Assembly (NCBI GenBank): GCA_050230475.1
Contig: JBFLGF010000022.1
Coordinates: 62,001 to 111,248 of the forward strand
Reading direction: 5' to 3'
From: Ancylonema sp.
Lineage: Eukaryota
Length of the DNA stretch: 49,248 nt
Below are positions 36,811-49,248 of this stretch, piece by piece. The translations under genes and the position numbers were made by a program. Within the stretch, counting starts at the first letter, position 1. Each line of letters opens with the position of its first letter. The notes under the pieces are model-generated. The model saw only the letters and a program-made list of their open reading frames with translations, had not been told where the DNA came from and did no database searches.

Positions 36811-37778
36811 CCAACGGCCCACGGCTCAGCCCATGGCTTCGGTGGATCGCACCCATTGGTTTCGGCAGGTAGATTTTGCACGTGTATTACACACGTGAGA
36901 TACACATGCGATAGAGGCACGGTGCTGAGTGAGCTGCGCACGCGTGCTGGATGCGAACACGCACGAGTATTGGACGCAACCTCACACGTACGATATACAT
37001 GCTAATATCACACGTGTATCGCGTGCGCGAGCTCACGCTCCGATGCAAAAAACTCCAGCCGGAGTTGACACCCGGGAAGCATTCGGGAGACGGGTGAGAA
37101 CCGTCAAATCTTTGCCCGGATTTGCCCTCCACTTCCGGCTTGCGGGCGAAAGACGGGTGAAAATCCCCGCTCGGCGGGCTGATGCATGCATTTTTTGAAG
37201 TGTTCGGGTGTTTTCAGTTTTTTTCACTCCACGTCAATCAGGAAGAAAAGGGTGTGCTAATATTAGCTACATGGTCCCCGCTATAGTACCCATAAATAAT
37301 AAGTCTGATATCATCGTTGTCTTGCGAGAAATGACGTTCTATACACAATACAACATTCAGTAATACAATTATCTAATAATTTTTCTCCACATAGAGTGTC
37401 GTTATGCTTATATCGAAGGTGAGTTTTTTATATATACCAAAAGTGTTAAAAACATGTCGTCATATCGAGGTTGGCCTTGTAAAGAGGGTCGTTATATCGA
37501 GGTAGCACACTACACGACGATACGATCGCGAGAATTTATACTAGGTAAAAGAGATTTGGAGATGATCACTAATGGTTTTATCTTTGAACTAATGTTTAAC
37601 GCGGAGGTCTGAGGACCGTTGGTAATGGTAAGAACTTATGAGGTCTATAGCCATGGTGATTCCCAATAGCGACGTATACACAAAATAATTTTTGATTGGA
37701 TGCAATGTTAAATGTGTTGATGTGTGTTTTATTTAATTTAGTATCAATAGCAGCATCTATTTTTCCTCTTTGTTTTTC

Positions 37779-38215
37779 TTACATAAGTAATTCTCGTTGA
37801 CCACAACCTCTAGGTACAAGACTGTCCACCGCTTTAAAATCGCTTTGCATAGGTGCATACACCGATGTTCGCGCAACTTTACCACGGGCTTTGACTTCAA
37901 CGTGTTTACTCTCCACAGCGCGTAGATGACATTTTCCATCAATCGGTACTCCTAACGCGTCAACCACACGGCCTAATTGCCTTGTGCCCACGGGTACGTA
38001 CACTATGGCACCTATGCGTTTGACAATGTATATTTATTTTATACCTGTATCACCACCAAATATAAGAATACCCACATTCTCATTTTCTAGATTTAGTGCC
38101 ACACCTTTTACAGCGCTAGTAAAATCGATTATGTGTCCAGCTTGTGCATTCTTGTCTTACTCAATATGTTATTTATTCCTTTTCTCGCGCGTCCCCATTC
38201 GATAGTAGTACTTTC
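37779..38215 (-). pseudogene. atp1: Degraded mitochondrial-type ATP synthase F1 alpha fragment (NUMT)
   Basis: [33 protein letters not shown]...VPVG...LGRVVDALGVPIDGK...VEVKA...PMQSDFKAVDSLVPRGCGQRELL; AT-rich, intronless, with stops. Confidence 0.88.
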
Positions 38216-39032
38216 TTGTGACCCGTGTTTGATTGTTTTCAAATTATTTGTATTCGTTATCTACTTATGTTTATTTTCGTGAAACCACCTTTCTTCTTTG
38301 ATTGTGAATATGTACAAATCGACTTTGTAGTCCTCGTTAGTTTGATAGGGTGATCAAGCATAAAAATAAGATACACTTGTCCCTCATATCGTTCCTGACA
38401 TTGGAGGTCCAGTATGAAGGGTCCAATATGAATTTCAGGGTTTTATAGGACGTATGATATTATGAACTTGCACTACTCTCCTTTGTGAAAAAAAGCTAAG
38501 CATTCAACCGGGCAAATTCCGAATTCATCAATCAATTCGACATGAACTCTTTGCAAAGAATTATTAGTAAAAAAGATAGTAAAATATGCAGACACAAATT
38601 TCTTTGAACAACTCAACACAAAATCGATCTGATGCAAATGCTTGGGTCGACAGCCCCTGACCTATAAGCATATCCACGTATCACATGCGTGTCACTATTT
38701 CACATCTAGTGACTAGTAAAGTCGACACGTTACCCCACCAATTCTCACACGTGTCCAAAATGTATTAACTACTGTCACCACGTGCAGCCTTCTAAATAAA
38801 ACACAACGCACTTTCAACCGTTTTTCGTTTAACCACGCATGACGCGTGTCGATCAATTTAAAGTTTTGATGAATTACCGTCTGTACCCCTAATTTGCACT
38901 CAAAACGTAATACTTGTAAAATCATTATCTTTCTAACGCCAACTCCAACTCAAATGATTCTTTAACCCAAATTATCCTTAATTCACCATCTACACAACAC
39001 ATTGATGCAACTCAAATATTTAGTTATTGTAC

Positions 39033-40153
39033 AGAGTTCTAGATTTTCACAGGACGCACGCGCCTAGGTTGGGAAAGAGACGGCCGTGTGTCAGAAGCGT
39101 TACAAGCGTGCAACTGCGAAATAGGCTCTCCGAGCTTGGCACCATGTGCACCTCCCGCATACAATTTTCATAAGGTCCTGGTCCCAATTAGGACACAATG
39201 GTCTGCGATCCAGCATGCCAGTTTCTCATACATGCATTCCGTCCGTGTGCATTCAACTTTAGAGCAAAGGTCATGCAACCCCTGGCCTCGTTGCTACCCA
39301 TCGGAGGCGAGCCGCGGCCGACTGCGTGTGCTCGAAGAGGTAATGAATTGGGAACCGTTGGATCTCCGTTTTGCACTTGCCGTCGTCAAAATCAAAATAT
39401 CGTTCGGTGAATGTAGAGCGAAGGAGGATCTTCACAACTTTATGCACCGAGAGGTGGGACCTCTCTAAAGCTCTCCGTATAGCAGGCGCCCAAGTCTCCT
39501 CACTACAACATCCATATCTGCACCCGGAAGCATCCAAGGTCTGCTCCGCATTATCTAGTTCCCCCTTACACTCCGTTTGGTGATGGTGGCTTATGTGTGT
39601 CACCTTTAACACACTTTTTGTTGTTTTGTGTCGGAGGCGCGATTCAAGGTTGCATTGGAGGCCTATCCCGCGCTTCTCCCGTTGGCGGCGGAAGGAGGTG
39701 CAATGCGAATGGGATGATGATATTGTTGTGTGGAATGACAATGTGTAGTCTATTGTGGAAAGCACCAAGATGATTGTAGGTACAAAAATGAATTGGGTAG
39801 ATTGCAAGGTCAACTCATCTTAATTGGAATAACAAATGTCGCCAATTTGAGGATGAGGTTGTGCTTTGCAGTTTTCATTACGAGCAAGTCGTAGACCAAT
39901 GTCAACACTACTTGGCTAGCATTGGGGGCGCTAAACGAACCTTGATCGCTCTTTCCTCTGTAATGATAACAATTACAGCGTGCACCCAAGGTTGCGATTA
40001 TCAGAAATATGGTGCGATATCATAAAACTTCGGTGCCTTTGTGCCTAGATGTAGTGTACATTTCATGCGCATTTATTCGTTTACTACTGTGTTGAATTTT
40101 GCAATTCGTTGAAGATAGATTAAGTTCATGACTTCAGCAATGAAAGCTACTAT
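39033..40153 (+). pseudogene. Partial, internally deleted duplicate of the J-domain gene at 45364-46693 and its 3' flank
   Basis: Collinear with ~45445-47162 including introns. Lacks exon 1 and ~540 bp spanning exon 4; HPD codons read HPY. Confidence 0.9.
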
Positions 40154-40600
40154 CTACGTCTCCAAGAGCGTATATCGATACTTGTTTGAATCAATTTCAA
40201 ACGTTTGGATAGATAAATCATTTGCAAACGACTTAAATCGAACGGGGTACCGTAAGTAGCGGAGTAGCCTTGCTACTATGATCTCCTGATATTCAGCCCT
40301 TTGTTTTACCGATTTGTTCCTTACGGAACACCCCCTTCCCGTCACGCATTTAAATCAGGGGTTCCCATACACCTTAGTACGCGCTCCCCGTTTTTTTTTT
40401 TTTTTGTGGGTGATATGCCCCTATGGTAGTATTTCCTTGTAAACATCCTCGTGTAGACCAAAGCAATGTAGGGTGTGCCTCAGGTTTCACAGATGTCCAC
40501 TAGTATAGGGTATATCAAGTATCCGTTGCGAGTATGTATGAGTTTTTGAATTAGTATATACTAAAGTTATGCACCATCGAGACGTTACAGTGGTTGTCTT

Positions 40601-40640
40601 TGTGTGTGTGTGTGTGTGTGTGCATGTGTGTATGTGTGTG
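40601..40640. repeat. (TG)n microsatellite
   Basis: 11 perfect TG units followed by interrupted TG. Confidence 0.9.
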
Positions 40641-40979
40641 TACCGCCAAACTGCCTTCACCTATTTTTAAAACCTTTATTTACATCGTTCTAGACATAAC
40701 TTTGAATGTTCGATTTTTTTTTTGAAGATTGATACTCGATGTAAATCATCATCTGACTTGAAAGTGGCTCACTCGCATGGAAGCATTATGCTTCAGTCTT
40801 GGCTCTCTCAGTGAACAAAAAATGGCGTTACGTATCGAGCACATTGTTAACGCAATGCCAATGGAATTCGGTACCACTCACAACACGTGCACGCGGACAT
40901 GGTAGACTTGCTCGAGTGCGATTGGCAGAACGACCGTATCGATTGTTTTTTCACTAAAAGATGCATTCCCACTATGTTA

Positions 40980-43540
40980 CTACATACCTGACGTAGAGAA
41001 TCTAGAATAGTGTTTACATTAGAACATGCGTTTAATTTACCGAAACATACATGCTTCACCAAAATATCCACTTTTCATCGAATGACGCAGTTTCAAATAA
41101 ATAATGGCATTTCTCGACCACACAAGTACCTTTAGCCACACATATATTAACTACCCCATATAATCGTTTTCTAAAACAAAGAGAGTATTTAAGCGAAGCA
41201 CTAATTATTCATCCAAACATGCGTTTCTTTCACTAAATGGCGCAATGTTCATCGAAACACGCATTTTACAAGGAAACATGCATTTCATGTCCACACATGT
41301 ATTGTGATCCGCACGTATACCTTCACCCAAATATATATTATGTACCGAAAACATGTAACTATGTCAATAGGCATCCATTGAAACACGCATTTTTCATTCA
41401 TACATACGTTTTTTTCCCCACTAAATGAGACATTTCTCATCAATTTATCAGAAAACATGCATGTCTTGCCCACACACGTATCTATGTTGATACATGAACC
41501 TTAAACCAAACATATATTTTATACCTCTAACATAAAATCGGAATTCAAACAGGCGGTTTCTATTGAAACACGCGTTTTCCCTTCAAACATGCGTTATTTT
41601 TCACTAAATATTCACTAAATGTACTTTTTATCTAATCACGTTTTTAACATGCATTTCGTGCCCACGGTGTGGGCACCCAATTAAATTACGTGTGTGGGCC
41701 CCACACACGTAATTTAATTGGCAAATGAACCTTGCCCATACATTTTTTCATTCAAACAGGCGTTTTCCATTGAAACATCCGAACATTTTTCATCCGAACA
41801 AGCGTTTTTTTTTTCACTAATCACTCATTTTTCATGGAAACACGCATTTTATAAGGAAACATGCATTTCATGTCCACACATTTAATCTGATCCGCACATA
41901 TTCCTTCACCCGCATATGTTTTATGTACCCCAAACATGAAACTATTTCAATAGGCGTCCATTGAAACACGCCTTTTCATTCAGACATACGTTTCCCCCCC
42001 CACTATATCATACATTTTTAATTGAGACAATCAATCAGAAAACATGCATGTCCTTCCCACACACGTATTTATGTTGATAGATGAACCTTAACCCACACAT
42101 ACATTTTATACCTCGAACAGAAAATCGGCATTCAAATAAGCGTTTTCCATTGAAACACGCGTTTTCCCTTCAAACATGCGTTTTTTTTTCATTAAATCAC
42201 GCATTTTTTATCGAATCACATTTTTAACATGTATTTCGTGCCCACATACGTAGAATAATTGGCATATGAACCTTACCTATATATTTTTTCATTCAAACAG
42301 CCGTTTTCCATTTAAACAAATATTTCCCATCCAAACAAGCGTTTTTTTCACTAATCACGCATTTCTCATTGAAACACGCATTTTACAAGGAAATATGCAT
42401 TCGCTGCCCACACATTTATTGTGATCCGCACATTTGACTTTACCCACACGTATATTGTGTACCATGTTAAGGAAATATCCATTTAATCAAGCGCTTTTCA
42501 CTATAACACACATATTTCATTTGAACATCCGCTTTCCACACATATTTCCCCATTAAACCACCTTAAAAAAAAATAAAAAAATAAAAAGTAAATAAAAAAT
42601 TAATAATAATAATAATGAAACACGCATTTTCCAAGGAAACATGCATGTTTTACCCCACACATATATTTTTACCGTAGACATGCAATTCTCATTCAAACAT
42701 GCGTTTCCCCCCCAGTAAATCACGTTCTTTTGTTTTGAGACGCGCATTTGACAAAAAAAAAAATCATTAACAACCCACACACATAGTGTATTTTGCACTT
42801 GAACCTTTCCCCACACATTTACTCAGTACCCCAAAGAGGCAATTATCATTCAAACAAGTGTTCTTCTTGTGAAACTCGCATTTTTCATTCAGACACGTGT
42901 TTTTTTCCACTTAATCACGCAGTTTACATCGAAAAACGCATGTGACTAGGAACCAAGATCCATGTAATGTGATCCGCACATGTTACTTCACATACATTTT
43001 TTAACCCAAACAGGCATTTGTCATCCAAACAAACGATTTCCACCGAAACACGCATTTACGTCATTCAAACAATCGTTTTTTTGACGTATTTCCCATCCAA
43101 ACATGCACTTTTCACTCAAACAGATAGTCTTGCCCACACGTACTTTGACCATACACGTATTCTCATCCCACATGCATTTTCAGTGTAATAATTTTGTCGT
43201 AAAAAAGGACAAATATATATTTCACCAAAACCTTCATTTTTAACCCAAACACGAAGACACGCGAGATACAATTTTATTTCCAACCAAACATGCCTTTTTT
43301 GGGTACAGAATGGTTTTTTTAAATCGTATTTGAGCATTTTCCAGCCACTTATATTTTTTATCCGCAAATACACGTTGCACAAAGACAAACTTACTTCACT
43401 AGAATATGAGTTCAAATAATATTTTTTCCCCCAAACATACATTTTCCCACCATAATATGCATTACTTTCTATGCTTTAATTGTATTAAATTAGGCATCTT
43501 TACCCACCTATATGTTTAATTCAAACACGCATTTTTCGCA
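40980..43540. repeat. Degenerate AT-rich array of ~20-bp subunits with a ~540-580 bp higher-order unit
   Basis: Recurrent GAAACACGCATTTT, TTCAAACATGCG and CCCACAC; alignable blocks start at 41211, 41792 and 42329. Confidence 0.85.
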
Positions 43541-45363
43541 ATAACGATCGAACATATTTGTTGATAAAAACAATCACAATCATCAAAATGATGGTTATAA
43601 TAATCATAGTAGTATTCTTGATGATAACAATACCCACCCCAATCTGATCGAAGAAAATAAGAGAGTTGCCAAACGTCCTCAAAATCAAATGAAATAATAC
43701 AGTTGCTAATCACCAAAAATAATCACAACCTTCATAAAACCAGTTCAAATGGATCATAGATGAGGCGTGTCGACCACTTGAAAGCTTCAGAAAGAACGGT
43801 AACCACGAATAATTTACGCTTTCGAATAGTGCCAGGAACCACCATCCCTCTCGAACATGCTAATGAACTTATCATTCATTCCATGGCTGCCGCTCGTTGA
43901 TATCGTACTTTGGATCGGACCGAATAGAGTGTCATAAACGGCGTCTCTAGGCGACCAACGATACCTTGCCTTGAAGAGTTATTCTAAACAAGACACGACG
44001 GCATGATATGTTGTAACGGCATGACGGCCCCGAAAGTAGGTTGTGCACGTCTATGAAATGTACATCTCCTTTAAACATTGCTCAATGTGGCCCATTTTAT
44101 TCTTCCAAGTTCGCAAACATTGTGTCACGTGGTATGTCCGATTTGCTTTTGAATGTTGCGAAGGAAATTGTTGACGAACTTGCAAAGTATTCTTGGTCGT
44201 TCTTCCATACGCTTTGCATGAATCTCTTCACAAATGAGCGGTCCTCATGATGTGGTGAGGAGGTTCCTAATTTAGCGACATTCAGGTTCATGCATGTTAT
44301 CAAAAATCCGTTCATTGTGCCATCGGGTTTTTACTAAAAGTATATCGAAAAGTTTTCAAGGAAAAACCGAAGATGTTGTATCTTCAACTTGACACTCGGT
44401 GTTACAATGAACTCCAAGGTGGTTTGTGTGGTGTGGTGTAGTGTTGCACGTATGTCGTAGACTAGCTTACATGCGGTCTTTGGGTGTTCGTAACGTGTTT
44501 CCGCACGAATCCTCTTACATCTTTGTGCAAACCGATGCATACAAACATGCATGCTAGAATGCTAGCCAAACGTGTCGCACATGCCTTTGGTGTCAACGAT
44601 GCATAGGAGTACGCCACTTTCCATCGTCGTGCTTGGCAAAGCATTGGACATACCGTATCAACATCATGTATTTGACACCAGCATGTTGATAGTAGATACA
44701 AAATAGGTCAAGCCATTATCGGATTGCTTTGTATATCGAACGCGAGAATTTGTCGTGAACTCATGACATACACGTGAAAACATAAGATTTTGATTTCCAC
44801 ATTAAGTCCATATAGATCCTCACTATTATTGTTTCAGGTGGTTTGAAACATTTTTTTTCCCGTGATTGTGTTCTTTTCTGATATACAATCGCCCATCCGC
44901 CCTTCCGCACTACGGCCCTTCCACCCATCCGTTCCCACATGTCTCCTTCACCCACCCGCGAATGGACCAGCTGGCAGATGGACGGTCAGTCGGCAATTGG
45001 GGGGTAGATGGCAGGTTAAACCGCTGGGGGAAGGGACTCAAACCACCCGCAGCCCCCTGGCGGTTGGAACCATACACTTCTGAAGACTGAGCGGGAACTC
45101 TGAGAGCGTTCCCAGAGCTTCCCCTGAGATCCTACGGGATAGAAGGATGGTAGGGAACTGAGGAAATGTAAACCACCTTTCGAGTCCATGGAGTATGGGA
45201 TATTGCCCTACCACTTGCAGAGGTGGAAATCAACTTTCTTTCAATTTGTCGCGGTCAGAAAAGCGAGCATGCACGCGAGCACCGTGCTTCAGTTCGAGAC
45301 AACCGAGAAAGAAGATACGGTAACTGTTTGAACCAGCTGACATGCTTCACATACTGCTGTGCC

Positions 45364-46693
45364 ATGGCGGTCTCATTGACTTGCTTCCATCTCTGTACAG
45401 GCCTTCCGGTCCCGAAGCAACGGAAACAAGAAGGTGAGGCGCTGAGAGTTCCAGTAGAAATTTCAGTGTCTTATATAGGTCGCAATCGCCTGGTCGGGAA
45501 ACAGACGGCCGTGTGTCAGAAGCGTTACCAGCGTGCAGCTGCGAAACAGGCTCTGCGAGCTTGGCGCCATGTGCAGCTGCCCGCAGACGATTGCCATCAG
45601 GTCCTGGTCCTACTTAAAAAACAACGCGGTCTGTAATCCAGCATGCTAATTCCTCATGCATACATCTCGCCCGCGTGCATTCAGATCCAGAGCAGAGGTC
45701 ATGCAGCCCCTGGCCTCGCTGGTCCCCAGCGGAGGCCAGCCGCGGATGACTGCATGTGCTCGAAGAGGTAATTGATTGGGAACCGTTGGATCTCCGTTCC
45801 GCACGTGCCGTCGTAAAAAATGATATCGTTTGGTGGCGACAGAGTGAAGGAGGATCTTCACAACTTCATGCACCGATGGAGAGGTGGGACCTCTCTAAAG
45901 CTTATCTCTGCACAGCCTGCGCCCCAGTCTCCTCACTACAGCATCTCCCGACGATTGGCAGGTCTTCATGGTCGCCAAGCTGGGCACACATGGAGGGAGG
46001 CAAAGCAGGGCGAGAACAGAGAGCCCTGTGCCAGGAGTCGCAAACACGAGCCTGGTGAGAGCCAGAGGTGGAATGACAAGTCTCAGAGCGATCAGGAGCC
46101 TGCAGCGCGGCCAGAGGGTGATAGCCGGCATTGGGAGCAGAGGGAGCGTGTAGAGCGCGGGTGGCATGAGGGCAGCTGGTGGGCGGGAGGTGGGGGGGGG
46201 GAGCAGAAGCGGTTGCAGTGCCCCCTGGCTGCGGATCAGGAGAAGCTACTAGGGATCCTCCCTACGGAACCACTCACACCTACGCGATTGAAGCATGCGT
46301 GAGTGGACGCCTCATCACTGAGAGGACACACAGAGAGAGTCATCGAGGGAGAGGATTTCTTTGGCCCATGATTTCTTGGAGAAATGTGGAAGGATGCAAT
46401 GGCAGTTCACCAATTTGGATTCTGTCTTCTTTTAGTGATTGTGTGTGCTTGTGCAGGTTTCGCGAGTTTGCCGTGAAATGGCATCCAGATCTGCACCCGG
46501 AAGCATCCAAGGTCTGCTCCGCATTTCTCTCGTTCCCCCTCACAGTCCGTTGGGTGATGGTGGCTCATGTGTGTCCCCTTTGACACTCTTTGTTTTGCGC
46601 TGGGTTCAGGAGGAGGCGGAGGCGCGATTCAAGGGTGCATTGGAGGCCTATCACGCGCTCCTCCCATTGGCGGCAGAAGGTGGTGCAAAGTGA
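45364..46693 (+). CDS. DnaJ-family protein with C-terminal J-domain (~256 aa, 6-exon model)
   Basis: Exons 45364-45433, 45479-45600, 45685-45767, 45942-46298, 46457-46511, 46610-46693 splice GT-AG without stops; LLGILPTEPLTPTRLKHAFREFAVKWHPDLHPEASKEEAEARFKGALEAYHAL. The 5' exon choice is less certain. Confidence 0.85.
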
Positions 46694-47551
46694 ATGAGAT
46701 GATGATGTTGATGTGTGGAATGGCAATGGTTGTGGTGTAGTCTATTGTGGAAAGCGCCAACTTGATTGTAGGTACAGAAAAGAATTGGGGAGATTGCAAG
46801 ATTAGTTTATCTTGTAAAAACAAATTTTGCCTACTAGAGGATGAGGCTGCACTTTATAATTTTCATTGGAAGCAAGTCACAGACCATGCTTTATAAATCT
46901 TATTACAAGCAAGACAGACGAGTGTCCTACTTGGCTAAGGTTTGGGTGGCGCTAAATGACTAGATCAACTTTTCTCCATAGGGATAACAATGACACTGTG
47001 CACACTAGATGCGATTGTCGTAAAACCATGTGCGGTGCTACGGTGCTTGGATGTCTAGGTATGTGTACATTTCATGTGCATTTTTTCGAATACTATTGTG
47101 TAACAACTTGCAATTCGTTGAAGGCAGATCGAGCTCATGACTTGGTCCATCTATGAAAGCCAATGCAATAAGGCAACATGCAAAGCGGCATACTTAATGC
47201 CTTTCTTGTACAAGACTCTGAGTTACGAGAGATAAGGATATGGTTACAATGCAGGGTCGGTTTACGAACCACAAATGACATCCCTATGCGTCTTCACACA
47301 AGTCAAGAAACGAAGAATCAATCGAGAGGTTGGGAAAATATTTATCCATCTATGTATGCTCTTTTTCGTCTCCTTTCATCAAGTACAACTAAACATGTTC
47401 GCGAAAAGGAGCGCCGACATGAATCGCGCGCCTCACTATACACATGAACAAATATATAGTATGCATCGCAAATGGACTTCCTTGAGCGCCACATCGAGCC
47501 CGAGCTCGGTTCAACACTTTTTTCAAAACTATTGTGATAAGAAATATCTAC

Positions 47552-48902
47552 TTATCCCTTTTCAATGGCATCGGAAGCTACTTTGTGATTTTTCTTCTTC
47601 CTTTTTGGAGCTGGCGTCACCGACGGTACGGCGTCATGGAGCGGGGGGTGCGTGGGGTTGTACGTGAGGGACTCTAAAACGCTCTTATGGTCCGCAAGCT
47701 CTCTCCTCCTCTTCTCCTGCACGCCCCCCCACATTCATGAGCCCTTCTCCCATCCCCCCCTGGCCCCATCTCCCTCTCTACCCTCTCCACTCTGCGATTC
47801 TAGCTGACCTGACTCGTTTCCAGCCGCTGGATCTGCTCCCTACACGCCCTCACTTCATTCTCCAGCTCACTGCGCTGAGCTGGCGCGGTGACCTGGCGTT
47901 GGTCCACCACCTGCTGCTGCAGCGCACGCACCGCCACAGGCTGCCAGATGCGCAAGGAGGAGCACGCAAGCCTGCCACAGCGAACCACACCCTCCCTATA
48001 AGAACCCTACACCCTGACCGCTGCCCCCTGCGGTTTCGGTCTACCTCTACCTGCTGCGCTCTAGATTTTTCAGACTGGTCACTGCGCTCCTCAGCCTCGT
48101 CCGCTCCTCATCCACTCTCCCTGCGTGTTCCCTCCCCTCTCTCTCTGCGGTTTGTATGATGGTTTGAACGCGCAACACGCGGCGGCGGTGCGCCAACAGA
48201 CTTTTGGCTTTGCTTCTCTCGAACCTGGACAGGGTGGACAGGTGGGGTTGAAAAAAGCAGGGGCCACTTCTTGTTGACTTCTATTGTAGTGGGAGGGTGT
48301 GTGGGAATGAAGGATGGGGTCGGGATTTCTGCGGCAGGCCGCAGGGATTTTGAACCGAATGGAATTTCGAATATTTGGTGGGGAGAATTTACTTGTGTGC
48401 AGTGTACGAGTTTCAGTGTGTCTGCTCGCTGACTGGTCCATGATTGCCAGAGGGAATATGAATGGCAATTGCTCCGTATGCCCAATGACGGCATCACTCA
48501 CGAGTCTCGATACTTGGACTTCCAGTCGACTTTAACATTTTCGACGACGTCAGGTGGCGCACTGCCTCGCCATCTAGAACCATCCGAACTCGCTACCGGT
48601 GCACACGTGGCCCCACTTTCACCCTCCAAAGCCCGACGGGCGACCCCAACGATTACACTTCTGGACGGATCATTCTTCGTCGTCGAAATAGATCGACCAT
48701 GTGGGCTTACGATCTGATTTTTCGACAACTCACGATACGGCCAGTCCCTGCCGCACAAACTTGCCCAGAGAACATTCCCCACACTCAGCCGCCGAAGTTT
48801 TCTGCAGACTATGGCCAAAGAGCAGAGGTCTCGGTACTCCCATCCAGAAGCCACTCCACTTTCTAGAATCAACGCCCAAAGCTCTTGCGGCAGCTCTGCC
48901 AT
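47552..48902 (-). CDS. SKIP24: F-box protein, SKIP24-like (4 exons)
   Basis: Exons 48902-48502, 48224-48051, 47971-47809, 47716-47552: LPQELWALILESGV...YRDLCSL; FERSKAKSLLAHRRRVLR; LRIWQPVAVR...QQVVDQ; LESLTYNP, matching the SKIP24 motif order. Confidence 0.88.
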
Positions 48903-48979
48903 GCCACACTGCTTCAGCTACAAAGATTTACGGTTTCTGGACGGCAGATCAGTGATGGACGGTCATTCCCATTTAGTGG

Positions 48980-49230
48980 CAAAGATATACCCGCCCGCGG
49001 GCGAGGATTTTTTCGCCCGCCTCCGCCCGCGGGCGCCGCCCGGCCGCCCGTTCCGGGCGCACTGAATTTCGGAATTCTAAGAAAGCAAGTTAAAAAAAGC
49101 ATAGCTTCTAGAAATTTTATGTTTTTTTTTTTTTTTTTTTTTTTTCATGTAGATAAAACCATGTAGTTCAATTCCGATCAATGTGGAGTTTTAAAAACAG
49201 AATACACAAGAACCCTAAAAAAGCTCTATA
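48980..49230. mobile_element. hAT-type MITE, inverted relative of 27841-28178, interrupted by a mariner-type MITE
   Basis: Starts CAAAGATATACCCGCCCG; reverse complement aligns to ~27943-28178. Confidence 0.85.
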
Positions 49231-49248
49231 CCGTACTGGCCATACATA
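49231..49248. mobile_element. Left TIR of a Tc1/mariner-type MITE (same family as 19689-19926), cut by the window edge
   Basis: TA followed by CCGTACTGGCCATACATA, matching the TIR at 19689. Confidence 0.8.

Noticed and set aside
37280..37512. Possible pogo-like MITE remnant (repeated GTCGTTATATCGAGGT)
   Set aside because: Termini and TSD could not be defined.
40980..43540. Periodic repeats resembling a CRISPR array
   Set aside because: Repeats are degenerate, spacers are not unique, no cas genes are present and the context is eukaryotic.
43550..44330. Possible decayed coding fragment next to the repeat array
   Set aside because: Short ORFs with no recognisable domain.

Overview
Eukaryotic nuclear DNA, most likely a streptophyte green alga or plant (inferred from spliceosomal GT-AG introns, plant-type tRNA-iMet primer sites, and DUF789 and SKIP24-like genes). 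Positions 1-19.2 kb are a three-layer nest of decayed LTR retrotransposons. An old minus-strand Copia contains a plus-strand Gypsy-like element, which contains a younger plus-strand Copia primed from the tRNA-iMet anticodon half. The middle element has gag and a truncated protease but no recognisable RT, RNase H or integrase. It carries a frameshifted domain that resembles the C5 cytosine-methyltransferase (DNMT) domains of charophyte retrotransposons, with the catalytic motifs substituted; this is the most interesting item. The rest of the window holds three multi-exon host genes (DUF789 protein, C-terminal J-domain protein, SKIP24-like F-box protein). It also holds a 5'-truncated CRE-type non-LTR retrotransposon, a gag-only LTR element with signs of LTR gene conversion, several hAT- and Tc1/mariner-type MITEs (some triply nested), an old mitochondrial atp1 fragment, a deleted duplicate of the J-domain gene and a degenerate higher-order repeat array. 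All family calls are by-eye motif recognition; no searches were run.
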